A stretch of 45,224 nucleotides of DNA from Chloroflexi bacterium RBG_16_72_14 (lineage in GTDB: Bacteria > Chloroflexota > Limnocylindria > Limnocylindrales > CSP1-4): the NCBI GenBank assembly GCA_001797035.1, contig MGOE01000133.1, positions 69,081 through 114,304 on the forward strand, written 5' to 3'. The notes beneath the pieces were generated by a model. The model was not told where the DNA came from, did not search any database, and worked only from the letters and a program-made list of their open reading frames with translations. Positions within the stretch are counted from its first letter, which is position 1. Each line of letters starts with the position of its first letter. This document shows positions 1 to 8,384 of the stretch, piece by piece. The translations under genes were made by a program, and so were the position numbers.

Positions 1-86
1 CGCGCCGGCGGTCGAGCGGGCCGGCGAGTAGGCCGGGGCGGAGCGTCACGAGGCGCGAATTTCGCGCCGGAACGGCGTTCCACCCC

Positions 87-115
87 TTGGCGTCCGCGGG
101 ACCCTCTCATATACT
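87..115 (+). promoter_or_regulatory. candidate sigma70-type promoter TTGGCG-17nt-TATACT upstream of the Cys-rich ORF/prfB
   Basis: TTGGCG 87-92, 17-nt spacer, TATACT 110-115, read directly. No other support. Confidence 0.35.
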
Positions 116-238
116 CGCGGTCAGTTCTTCGCCACCAGGGACCGGCGCCCACGCCCACGACCGCGCCCCCGACGCACCGGCGCCCCCGTCCCGAAACGTC
201 ACGCCCGATCGACAGCGGAGAGCGAGAGAGAGGGATGA

Positions 239-463
239 GTGAAGCAGGCTGAGGAAGCCCAGTTCGTCGATCTGATCGCGTGCGAACGGGATTGCCGGAC
301 CTGCAGCTACGCCGCCGCCCTCGACTGCGATGGCAATTGTGGCGTCTGCCCTCACAACGGCTACTGTCCCTGCGTGAACCCCGTCGTCGCCCGGAGCAAG
401 ACGGCCCTGCGGCTGATCGAGCTCCGTCCGATCCTGCTCCAGGATCTCAGGGTGCGGAGCTAG
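239..463 (+). CDS. small Cys-rich protein of unknown family (74 aa, 8 Cys)
   Basis: GTG start preceded by GAGAGGGA. Third codon positions are mostly G/C, as in the real genes here. Cys pattern CX3CX2C-X7-CX3CX2C-X5-CXC. Stop TAG 461-463 overlaps the prfB GTG at 463. Confidence 0.55.
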   Translation: MKQAEEAQFVDLIACERDCRTCSYAAALDCDGNCGVCPHNGYCPCVNPVVARSKTALRLIELRPILLQDLRVRS

Positions 464-1585
464 TGGACGCCGCGTCCACCCGCGACCTGGCCGAGCGGAT
501 CCGGGCGACCTCGGGGCGTCTTTGACCTCGCCGTCAAGGAGACCCGCGTAGCCGAGCTTGACGCGCGCGCCAGCGAACCGGGCTTCTGGGACGACCAGCG
601 CGCGGCGCAGAAGTCCCTCCGCGAGGCCGAGGGCCTGCGCGACGAGATCACCCTGTGGCGGTCCCTCGAGAAGCGCGCCGACGACCTGGTCGAGCTGCTG
701 GGCCTGCTCGAGGACACGCCGGACGCCGACACCGAGGCGGACATCGAGCGGGAGGCGGACGCCCTGCGCGCCGAGTTCGAGCGAGAGCGGACGCTGCTCC
801 TGTTCTCCGGCGAGTACGACGCGAAGAACGCCGTCCTGACGATCAGCGCGGGCGCCGGCGGCACCGAGGCGACGGACTGGGCGGAGATGCTGCTGCGCAT
901 GTACCTCCGCTGGGCGGAACGCCACCGGTTCCGGGCCACGATCGTGGACTCCCAGGAGGGCGAGCAGGCCGGGATCAAGAGCGCCACGGTCACGGTGGAC
1001 GGGCGGTTTGCCTACGGCTGGCTGCGGGCCGAGCGCGGCGTCCACCGCCTCGTGAGGATCAGCCCCTACGACGCGCAGAAGCGGCGCCAGACGACGTTCG
1101 CGCTGGTCGAGGTCATGCCCGAGGCGGACGAGGACGTCGAGATCGAGCTCAACTGGGACGAGATCCGGACCGACACCTTCCGCTCGTCCGGCGCGGGCGG
1201 CCAGCATGTCCAGAAGACGGAGTCCGCGATCCGGCTGACGCACATCCCGACCGGCATCGTGGTCACCTGCCAGAACGAGCGATCCGCCACCCAGAACCGG
1301 GAGCTCGCCATCCGGGTGCTCAAGTCACGGCTGCTCGAGCTGGAGCTCGAGAAGCGCGAGGAAGAGCTGCGCAAGCTCCGCGGCGAACACGTGACCGCGG
1401 GCTGGGGAAACCAGATCCGGTCGTACGTGCTGCACCCCTACCAGATGGTCAAGGACCTGCGGACCGCGTACGAGACGTCCAGCACCGGGGCCGTGCTGGA
1501 CGGGGACCTTGACGCGTTCATGCAGGCCGAGCTGGAGCGGCTGGCGACCGGCCGCCCGCCCGCGGCCGACGACACGGCGGACTGA
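463..1585 (+). CDS. prfB: peptide chain release factor 2, made by programmed +1 frameshift: join(463..522,524..1585)
   Basis: Frame-0 segment MDAASTRDLAERIRATSGRL ends at CTT TGA (520-525). The +1 frame continues DLAVKETRVAELDARASEPGFWDD... and carries SPYD and the GGQ motif (SGAGGQHVQKTESA). Total about 373 aa. GGAG lies 5 nt before the GTG at 463. Confidence 0.9.
511..526 (+). promoter_or_regulatory. prfB +1 frameshift site (internal SD-like GGGG, then CTT TGA C)
   Basis: tcGGGGcgt CTT TGA C, compared with E. coli AGGGGGTAT CTT TGA C. Confidence 0.85.
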
Positions 1586-1588
1586 TCC

Positions 1589-2614
1589 GTGGCCGCGCCC
1601 CCGCCCACCCCGCGGCGTGCGACGGATCCCGTCGCCTACCGGCCGGGCCGCGAGGCGGACCTCGACGCCTGCGGCCGGATCTGGAAGGCGGGGATCGAGG
1701 ACTACCAAGCGCGGCTGAACCAGCCGTCCATGCCCGACGACCTGGCGCCCCTGCGCCGGCTGTTCGCGCATCTCCTGTCCACCGACCCTGAGCGGTTCTG
1801 GGTCGCGACCCGTGGCGACGAGCTGATCGGGTTCGCCAGCGCGTCGGTTCGCGACGGCCTGTGGTTCCTGGCCATGCTGTTCGTGGACCCGGCGGCGCAG
1901 GGCGGCGGGATCGGGCAGGCACTGATGGACCGGGCGCAGGCCGGCCGGGACGTGGACCCCGGTGGCCCCGCCGTCCCCGGGCCGGACGAGCCGCTCGACA
2001 CCGGCATCCACACCTGGGGCATGTGCACCGACGCCGTCCAGCCGATCTCGAACGGCCTGTACGCGCGCCGGGGGATGGTGCCCCGGATCCCGATCTGGCG
2101 GCTGTTCGGCGAGGTGCGGCGCTGGGACGCCCTGCCGCTGCCACCGGCGTCCGTGGATCCCGTGCCGTTCGAGGCGATCGTCGCCCAGGGCGGCGGCGGC
2201 CCGGACGGCACCCGGCGCCTCGCGGATCTCGTGGACGGGCTCGACCGGGCGATCGTCGGGTCGGCACATGGGCGGGACCACGCGTGGCTGCGGCGCGAAG
2301 GGCGGGCCGGGTTCCTGCTCCGGGACCGGGGCGACGGCCGGCCGCTCGGGTACGCCTACGGATCGAGCGTCGGGAGGCTGGGGCCGGTCGCGGCGCTGGA
2401 CCCCGACCTGTCGCCGGTCCTGATCGGCGCGGCGGTCCGCGGCGTCCCGGCGCTGGGGCCCGTGGCGATGTGGGTGCCGGGAACGTCGGACCGCGCGATG
2501 CGGATGCTGCTCGAGGCCGGCCTCCGGTTCGACGGCTTCCCGGGCCTGATCTGCTGGTCCACGCCCGGGCACCCGTTCGAGCGCTACGCCCCGATCTCGC
2601 TGGCGATGGTGTAG
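1589..2614 (+). CDS. GNAT family N-acetyltransferase (341 aa, two-domain size)
   Basis: Acetyl-CoA binding motif FVDPAAQGGGIGQALM (Q-x-x-G-x-G) after a beta-strand region. GTG start 3 nt after the prfB stop. Confidence 0.7.
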   Translation: MAAPPPTPRRATDPVAYRPGREADLDACGRIWKAGIEDYQARLNQPSMPDDLAPLRRLFAHLLSTDPERFWVATRGDELIGFASASVRDGLWFLAMLFVDPAAQGGGIGQALMDRAQAGRDVDPGGPAVPGPDEPLDTGIHTWGMCTDAVQPISNGLYARRGMVPRIPIWRLFGEVRRWDALPLPPASVDPVPFEAIVAQGGGGPDGTRRLADLVDGLDRAIVGSAHGRDHAWLRREGRAGFLLRDRGDGRPLGYAYGSSVGRLGPVAALDPDLSPVLIGAAVRGVPALGPVAMWVPGTSDRAMRMLLEAGLRFDGFPGLICWSTPGHPFERYAPISLAMV

Positions 2615-2786
2615 CCGGCCCGCCGAACCCGCCGCCGGCGTTGGACAGGGGCCGGTCGTCGGGCACGATCGGCCCGGCGGTGCTAGCCTCGCCGGACGTG
2701 ACTCCCCCGATCGTGCCCGTGGGCGGAGCGGACACCCGGGCTGGCATGCCAGCCCTCGTCGAGACCATCCGTCACCGAGCAAGCCG

Positions 2787-3557
2787 ATGACCGTCGCCCC
2801 GCCGAGCACGCCGCCGTCCCTGTTCGACCGCCTGACCGGTCGCGGACACGAGCCGCGGCCGGACCACCCCGTCGTCGTCCTGCACGACGTCACGATGCGC
2901 TACCCGAACGGGAAGGAGGCGCTCAAGGACGTCGACCTCGTCGTGCCCGAGGGCGACTTCGTGTTCCTCGTCGGGCCGTCGGGCGCGGGCAAGTCCACGA
3001 TCATGAAGCTGCTCATCCGCGACGAGCTGGCGACCCGGGGTGTGGTGATCGTGGACGGTGACGACCTCGCCCGGATCGGTCGGCGGGCGGTGCCCAGGGT
3101 CCGCCGCAAGATCGGCATCGTGTTCCAGGACTTCAAGCTGCTGCCGCGCAAGACGGTCTGGGAGAACGTCGCCTTCGCGCTCGAGGTCACCGGGACGCCG
3201 CGCAGCCGGATCCGGCCGGCGGTGGATCGGGTGCTGGCGCTGGTCGGGCTCACGGCCCAGGCACCGCAGTACCCGGCCCAACTGTCGGGCGGCGAGCAGC
3301 AGCGCACGGCGATCGCCCGCGCCCTGGTCCACGACCCGCGGATCATCATCGCGGACGAGCCGACCGGCAACCTGGACCCGGTGATCAGCTGGGAGCTCAT
3401 CCAGCTGCTGCTGCGCATCAACGAGCTCGGGGTCACGATCCTGATGGCCACCCACGACGCCGAGGTGGTGACGGCGCTCCGCAAGCGCGTGGTCGCGCTG
3501 GAGGACGGGCGGGTCATCCGTGACGAGACGGGCGCCGGCTACCACCGCGAGGACTGA
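2787..3557 (+). CDS. ftsE: cell division ATP-binding protein FtsE
   Basis: Walker A GPSGAGKST, ABC signature LSGGEQQR, Walker B IIIADEPTGNLD. Directly followed by ftsX. Confidence 0.9.
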   Translation: MTVAPPSTPPSLFDRLTGRGHEPRPDHPVVVLHDVTMRYPNGKEALKDVDLVVPEGDFVFLVGPSGAGKSTIMKLLIRDELATRGVVIVDGDDLARIGRRAVPRVRRKIGIVFQDFKLLPRKTVWENVAFALEVTGTPRSRIRPAVDRVLALVGLTAQAPQYPAQLSGGEQQRTAIARALVHDPRIIIADEPTGNLDPVISWELIQLLLRINELGVTILMATHDAEVVTALRKRVVALEDGRVIRDETGAGYHRED

Positions 3558-3560
3558 GCC

Positions 3561-4451
3561 GTGATCACGTTCGTCGTGTTCTCGCTGCGCCGGGCCTGGC
3601 AGGGCTTCTGGCGGAACGCCCTGATGAGCCTCGCCGCCACGCTGACGATGGTCCTGATGCTGCTGCTGCTGGCCGGGTTCTTCGTCCTCCAGAACGTGCT
3701 GCTGGCCAGCCTCGGCTTCGTGGAGCAGAAGGTCGAGGTGGTGGCCTACCTCCAGCACAACGCCACCCAGAGCCAGACCGACGACCTCATCGTGCGCCTG
3801 GAGGCGATGCCCGAGGTGGCGTCGGTCGAGTACGTCTCCCGGGACGAGGCGCTGCGCCGGTTCAGGGAGGCCCAGGCGGCGCAGGGCCGCGAGGACCTGA
3901 CGCGCTACCTGGAGGCAAACCCGCTGTACGCCAGCGTGAACGTGAAGCTGCGGTCGCCGGCGGACCTCCGGACGGTGACCGACGCACTCCAGTCCGAGAC
4001 CGAGCCGATCGTCCGCAACGTGCTCAACATCCAGGCGCTCGTGGACCGGGTGCTGACCGTGACGACATTCGTCCGGACGGCCGGCGTCGCGATGGTGGCG
4101 ATCGTGGGAGTGATCGTGCTGTTCATCATCGTGAACACGATCCGGCTGGCGGTCGTCGCACGGGCCGAGGAGATCGAGATCATGCGGCTGGTGGGGGCAT
4201 CTGACGCGTTCATCCGCTGGCCGTTCGTGTTCGAGGGGGCCCTGGTGGGCCTGCTGGGCGCGCTGATCGCGCTGGGGCTCCTGGTGGCGGCGGCCGATCC
4301 GCTGTCCCAGGCGATGGTCGGGTTCTTCAACGTGCTCCCGCTCCAGCTGGGCTCGCTCGCGCGCGACACCGCCGCGATCGTGCTCGCGACGGGCCTCGGG
4401 CTCGGCGTGCTCGGCTCGTGGGTGTCCGTCCGGACGTACCTCATCCGGTAG
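3561..4451 (+). CDS. ftsX: cell division permease-like protein FtsX
   Basis: N-terminal TM, an extracytoplasmic domain and three C-terminal TMs. Position 3 nt after ftsE. Typical about 296 aa size. Confidence 0.85.
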   Translation: MITFVVFSLRRAWQGFWRNALMSLAATLTMVLMLLLLAGFFVLQNVLLASLGFVEQKVEVVAYLQHNATQSQTDDLIVRLEAMPEVASVEYVSRDEALRRFREAQAAQGREDLTRYLEANPLYASVNVKLRSPADLRTVTDALQSETEPIVRNVLNIQALVDRVLTVTTFVRTAGVAMVAIVGVIVLFIIVNTIRLAVVARAEEIEIMRLVGASDAFIRWPFVFEGALVGLLGALIALGLLVAAADPLSQAMVGFFNVLPLQLGSLARDTAAIVLATGLGLGVLGSWVSVRTYLIR

Positions 4452-4540
4452 CCGCCCGCGGGCGTCATCGGAGACCTCCGCGGCCCGTCATCGGGTCCGG
4501 CTGTACGCTGTCGGTCCGCTTCCCTCCACGAGACAGGCGC

Positions 4541-5926
4541 ATGTCGTTCGAACCCGATCTCACCCCCGCTGACCCCGCATCACCGGCCACGACCGACCGG
4601 GTCAACCAGCCCGTCGCCGAGCCGGTCTCCACGGCGCCCGTCAGCGCCCCGCCGGTCGCCCTGCCTGCGCGGCGCTCGACCTCGCTCCTGGTCGCGATCA
4701 CGGTGGTCGCCGTGCTCGCCGGCACGGCGCTGTTCGCGTCGGGCTGGACGCTGGGCCGTCACGCGGCGCTGACCCCCGGCACGCCGTCGGGCGAGGCCGA
4801 GGCGTGGCAGCCGTTCTGGGACTCCTACCATGCGATCACGGAGCGATGGGCGGGCGGCGACGAGATCGACCGCAAGGCGCTGGTCGAGGGCGCGATCAAG
4901 GGCATGATCGCCGCGCTCGACGACCCCTACTCGGCGTACCTCACGTCCGAGGAGTTCCGGGCGACCCTCCAGGACATCTCGGGCGAGTTCGAGGGGATCG
5001 GCGCCACGATCGGCACGGTGGACGCGAGCGGCGACACCGCGTCGTGCACGACCCTCGCCCCGGACTGCCGGCTGGTGGTGGTCGCGCCGATCACGGACTC
5101 GCCCGCCGACAAGGCAGACCTCCGGCCCGGAGATGTCATCACCCACATCGACGGGACGGCGCTCGAGGGGCTGACCGTGGACGAGGCCCGCGGCCGAATC
5201 CGGGGACCCAAGGACACCGCGGTCCGGCTGACCATCGAGCGGGACGCGGGAGCGCCGTTCGACGTCGAGATCGTCCGGGCGGTGATCGTGTCGCCGGAGG
5301 TCGAGGTCGAGGACCTGGCCGGCGGCACGGTCGCGTACATCAGGCTGTCCGGATTCTCGGATCACGCGTCCGAGGAGTTCGACCGGGTCGTGGCCGAGAA
5401 GGTCGCTGCGGGTCGCCGCCAGCTGATCCTGGACCTGCGGGGCAACCCCGGTGGGTTCGTGACTGCCGCCCGCGACATCGTCAGCCAGTTCCTAGCCGAC
5501 GGGACGATCTTCTGGGAGCAGGACGCGCAGGGGAACCAGACCGAGACCCGGGTCGAGGCCGGGGGCGCGGCGACGGATCCCGCGATCCGGCTGGTCGTGC
5601 TCGTGGACGGCGGCTCCGCGTCGGCCTCCGAGATCGTGGCCGGGGCGCTCCAGGACCGGGGGCGCGCCACGATCGTGGGTTCGACGACGTTCGGCAAGGG
5701 GACGGTCCAGCAGTGGACCCAGCTCGAGGGCGACCATGGCGGCTTCCGGCTGACGATCGCCCGCTGGCTGACGCCGAACAAGACCTGGGTGCACGGCAAG
5801 GGAATACAGCCGGACGTCGTCGTCGCGGCCGAGCCGGATCAGCCGGGCGACGACCCGGCCCTGGATGCCGCCCTCGAACTGCTCACCGAGGCGGCGACGG
5901 GTGTCCGGCAGCGCGCGGCGGCGTAG
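4541..5926 (+). CDS. S41 family carboxyl-terminal processing protease with PDZ domain
   Basis: PDZ-like PADKADLRPGDVITHIDG, RGNPGGFV, GGSASASEIVAGALQD (Ser) and TFGKGTVQ (Lys). ATG 4541 is preferred because the track start at 4418 overlaps ftsX. One N-terminal TM. Confidence 0.85.
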   Translation: MSFEPDLTPADPASPATTDRVNQPVAEPVSTAPVSAPPVALPARRSTSLLVAITVVAVLAGTALFASGWTLGRHAALTPGTPSGEAEAWQPFWDSYHAITERWAGGDEIDRKALVEGAIKGMIAALDDPYSAYLTSEEFRATLQDISGEFEGIGATIGTVDASGDTASCTTLAPDCRLVVVAPITDSPADKADLRPGDVITHIDGTALEGLTVDEARGRIRGPKDTAVRLTIERDAGAPFDVEIVRAVIVSPEVEVEDLAGGTVAYIRLSGFSDHASEEFDRVVAEKVAAGRRQLILDLRGNPGGFVTAARDIVSQFLADGTIFWEQDAQGNQTETRVEAGGAATDPAIRLVVLVDGGSASASEIVAGALQDRGRATIVGSTTFGKGTVQQWTQLEGDHGGFRLTIARWLTPNKTWVHGKGIQPDVVVAAEPDQPGDDPALDAALELLTEAATGVRQRAAA

Positions 5927-5930
5927 GCGT

Positions 5931-5947
5931 GGGCGGGCCGCCCGCCC
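5931..5947 (+). terminator. GC hairpin GGGCGGGC-c-GCCCGCCC just after the protease stop
   Basis: Perfect inverted repeat read directly. No U-tract, so this is weak as an intrinsic terminator. Confidence 0.3.
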
Positions 5948-5962
5948 GGACCAGGGTCGCGC

Positions 5963-5991
5963 TTGCGCCTTCCGCGCGCATCGGGTACGGT
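5963..5991 (+). promoter_or_regulatory. candidate promoter TTGCGC-17nt-TACGGT
   Basis: TTGCGC 5963-5968, 17-nt spacer, TACGGT (TANNNT) 5986-5991. Sits about 12 nt upstream of a very strong SD. Confidence 0.35.
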
Positions 5992-6019
5992 CCCTGCGAA
6001 CGAAAGGAGGTGATGTGCA

Positions 6020-6070
6020 GTGACAGATAGCGCCAGTTGCTGCACCACCTCGGCGGAGATCGTCGTCTAG
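6020..6070 (+). CDS. candidate 16-codon upstream ORF MTDSASCCTTSAEIVV
   Basis: GAAAGGAGGTGAT (6003-6015) complements 13 nt of the conserved 16S 3' tail. GTG 6020 lies 9 nt after the GGAGG core. Stop TAG at 6068-6070. Locally lower GC. Confidence 0.35.
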   Translation: MTDSASCCTTSAEIVV

Positions 6071-6101
6071 AGGCGATCCCGACGGGTGGTCGGTAGCACT
6101 T

Positions 6102-6134
6102 CGAACGCCGGTCCGAACAACGGGCCGGCGTTCG
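6102..6134 (+). terminator. 13-bp stem hairpin between the short ORF and smpB (terminator/attenuator candidate)
   Basis: CGAACGCCGGTCC-gaacaac-GGGCCGGCGTTCG has 13 pairs including one G-U. No U-tract. Confidence 0.4.
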
Positions 6135-6210
6135 TGCGTCCGCGACCCGTGGCCGCCGGCCTGGGCCATGCGACACTGGGCCCGCCACGAGAACGAGAGG
6201 AGCCCGCCAG

Positions 6211-6672
6211 ATGGGCGGCACGATCGCCCTCAACCGACGCGCACGCCACGAGTTCAGCATCGAGGACACCTTCGAGGCCGGGATCGTGCTGCGCGGCACC
6301 GAGATCAAGAGCATCCGGGCCCACAAGGTGAGCCTGGCCGACGCGTACGCGCGGATCGAGAAGGACGAGGCCTGGATCATCGGCCTCCACATCGCCCCGT
6401 ACGAATCCACGGACGTCCGCTTCAACCACGAGCCGAAGCGGGCGCGGAAGCTGCTGCTCCACCGCTCGGAGATCGACGAGCTGCTGGGCAAGACGAAGGC
6501 CAAGGGTCTCACGCTGGTGCCGCTCCGGATCTACATCAACGACCAGGGCAAGGCGAAGCTGGAGCTGGGCCTCGCCCGCGGCAAGCAGACATGGGACCGG
6601 CGGCGCGAGATCGCGGAGCGGGACAGCCGGCGCGAGATGGACCGCGCCGTGGCGGACGCACGGCGCCGGTAG
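6211..6672 (+). CDS. smpB: SsrA-binding protein SmpB
   Basis: NRRARHEFSIEDTFEAGIVLRGTEIKS...LHIAPYE...KRARKLLLH, the typical SmpB sequence. GAGGAG SD 9 nt upstream. Confidence 0.92.
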   Translation: MGGTIALNRRARHEFSIEDTFEAGIVLRGTEIKSIRAHKVSLADAYARIEKDEAWIIGLHIAPYESTDVRFNHEPKRARKLLLHRSEIDELLGKTKAKGLTLVPLRIYINDQGKAKLELGLARGKQTWDRRREIAERDSRREMDRAVADARRR

Positions 6673-6696
6673 CGTCGCCAGCAGGGAGGTGCCCCC

Positions 6697-7749
6697 ATGC
6701 GGCTCGCGCGGATGCTCCAGGCGGTCGACGCGCACGCGGCGGGTGAGCCGGGACGGGTGATCGTGGGCGGCGTGCTGGACGTGCCCGGCGCCACGATGTT
6801 CGACAAGATGCGCCACCTCGCCGAGCACGGCGACGGCCTCCGGAAGCTGATGCTGCGCGAGCCCCGCGGCTACCCGGCGCTGTGCGCGAACGTCATCCTG
6901 CCGCCGACCCACCCCGAGGCCGACGCGGGCTACGTGATCATGGAGCAGGTCGAGTACCCGGGGATGTCGGGCACGAACACGATCTGCGTCGCGACCGTGC
7001 TGCTCGAGACCGGCATGCTGCCGATGACGGAGCCCGTCACGGAGATCACGCTCGAGGCGCCGGCCGGCCTCATCCGCATCCGAGCCACCTGCGCCGGCGG
7101 CAAGGTCACCGGCGTCACGTTCCGCAACGTGCCCGCGTTCGCGACCCACCTCGACGCGCCGGTCGAGGTACCCCAGCTGGGCACGGTCATCGTGGATGTC
7201 GCCTACGGCGGCATGTTCTACGTCATCGCGGACGCGGCGGCCCTCGGGTTCCGGCTCACGCCCGACGAGGGCCGCGACATCACCCGGGTCACCGAGATGA
7301 TCAAGGCCGCGGCCCGGGAGCAGCTGCCGGTCGTCCACCCCGAGCAGCCCGGGTTCGCCGGGATCACGATCGGCCAGCTGTCCGGCATCCCGCACAACCC
7401 GCAGAACTCGCGCCGGAACGTGACCACGGTCTCGACCGGCGAGCTGGACTGGGCGAAGCCGTCGACCTGGACCGGCGTCATCGACCGGTCGCCCTGCGGC
7501 ACCGGGACGTGCGCCAAGATGGCCGTGCTCCACGCGAAGGGGCAGCTCAAGGTGGGGGACGAGTTCCGCCACGAGGGGATCCTCGGGACGGTGTTCACGG
7601 GCAGGATCGAGGCGGAGACGCGGGTCGGCGAGCATGCCGCGATCGTGCCGTCCCTCACCGGCACCGCCTGGATCACCGGCTTCGCGAGCTACGTCGTGGA
7701 CCCGTCGGACCCGTTCTTCGAGGGGTTCACCGTGGGCGATCTCTGGTAG
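6697..7749 (+). CDS. proline racemase / hydroxyproline epimerase superfamily protein with a Ser/Cys catalytic pair
   Basis: VDAHAAGEPGRV..., PGMSGTNTI at the position of the first catalytic MCGHN motif, DRSPCGTGTCA at the second. Confidence 0.8.
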   Translation: MRLARMLQAVDAHAAGEPGRVIVGGVLDVPGATMFDKMRHLAEHGDGLRKLMLREPRGYPALCANVILPPTHPEADAGYVIMEQVEYPGMSGTNTICVATVLLETGMLPMTEPVTEITLEAPAGLIRIRATCAGGKVTGVTFRNVPAFATHLDAPVEVPQLGTVIVDVAYGGMFYVIADAAALGFRLTPDEGRDITRVTEMIKAAAREQLPVVHPEQPGFAGITIGQLSGIPHNPQNSRRNVTTVSTGELDWAKPSTWTGVIDRSPCGTGTCAKMAVLHAKGQLKVGDEFRHEGILGTVFTGRIEAETRVGEHAAIVPSLTGTAWITGFASYVVDPSDPFFEGFTVGDLW

Positions 7750-7766
7750 CCCGCGCCGTCACGTGG

Positions 7767-8384
7767 TCACGACCTCAGGCGCGCGACGAACTCGTCGAAG
7801 GTCCTCGCCCGCGTCCAGTCGGGGCCCATGGGCGCGATATCCTCACTGCCACCGATGTACCCTTGCCCGGCCTCAAGCACGACGCCCTGCACGAATGGCG
7901 CGAACACCGGTGTCTCCGCCGGTCGGCCAGCTGGGCCACTCGACTCGATTCCTGTCCGGTCATCCAGGAACAGCACGAGGCGCCCCTCCGGCAGCCGGGA
8001 ACGGAAGTCCGCCAAGGTTGCACGCGCGGATTCGACGAACTCAACGTAGACAAGGTCGTCGACGACGAGCGCCGGGTTACCCGCCAGGACCTCCTCCACA
8101 TCGACAACGAGTGTGGCGTGGCTACCGATCCCGTGGATCGTCCGGCCTTGGGTGACGTCAACGATGCGGCCGAGGACGACGATGTCCGCCAAGGTGCGAA
8201 GCTCCTCCGGAGAGCCCACGGGCTCGTAGTCGTAGTGGACTGCCCGAAGCAGTCCTGAGAAGCCAGATGGATCCTGCTGCGCCGGCGTCGGCCCGAGTAT
8301 GGATATGCCGAGTGCGCCCGCCATGGCCACCAGCAGAACGGCCACGGCTACTCCGCTGCGCGGGATGTGCCTAGTAGTGGCCAT
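7767..8384 (-). CDS. hypothetical exported or membrane-anchored protein
   Basis: ATG at 8384 with AAGGA upstream. N-terminal hydrophobic segment GVAVAVLLVAMAGALGISILG. Lower GC3 than neighbours. The longer track ORF (to 8654) has an Arg-rich, non-protein-like extension. Confidence 0.5.
   Translation of the reverse strand: MATTRHIPRSGVAVAVLLVAMAGALGISILGPTPAQQDPSGFSGLLRAVHYDYEPVGSPEELRTLADIVVLGRIVDVTQGRTIHGIGSHATLVVDVEEVLAGNPALVVDDLVYVEFVESARATLADFRSRLPEGRLVLFLDDRTGIESSGPAGRPAETPVFAPFVQGVVLEAGQGYIGGSEDIAPMGPDWTRARTFDEFVARLRS

Noticed and set aside
52-68. Palindrome GGCGCGAAtTTCGCGCC after the short 3' end of an upstream gene (stop at 28-30)
   Set aside because: It is probably just a terminator-like hairpin for the truncated upstream gene. 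It is too close to the window edge to interpret.
6013-6030. Alternative tiny ORFs after the strong SD: ATG 6013 (MCSDR-stop) and GTG 6015 (MQ-stop)
   Set aside because: Their start codons are only 2-4 nt from the GGAGG core, which is too close for normal initiation. GTG 6020 has the better 9-nt spacing. All three remain unproven.
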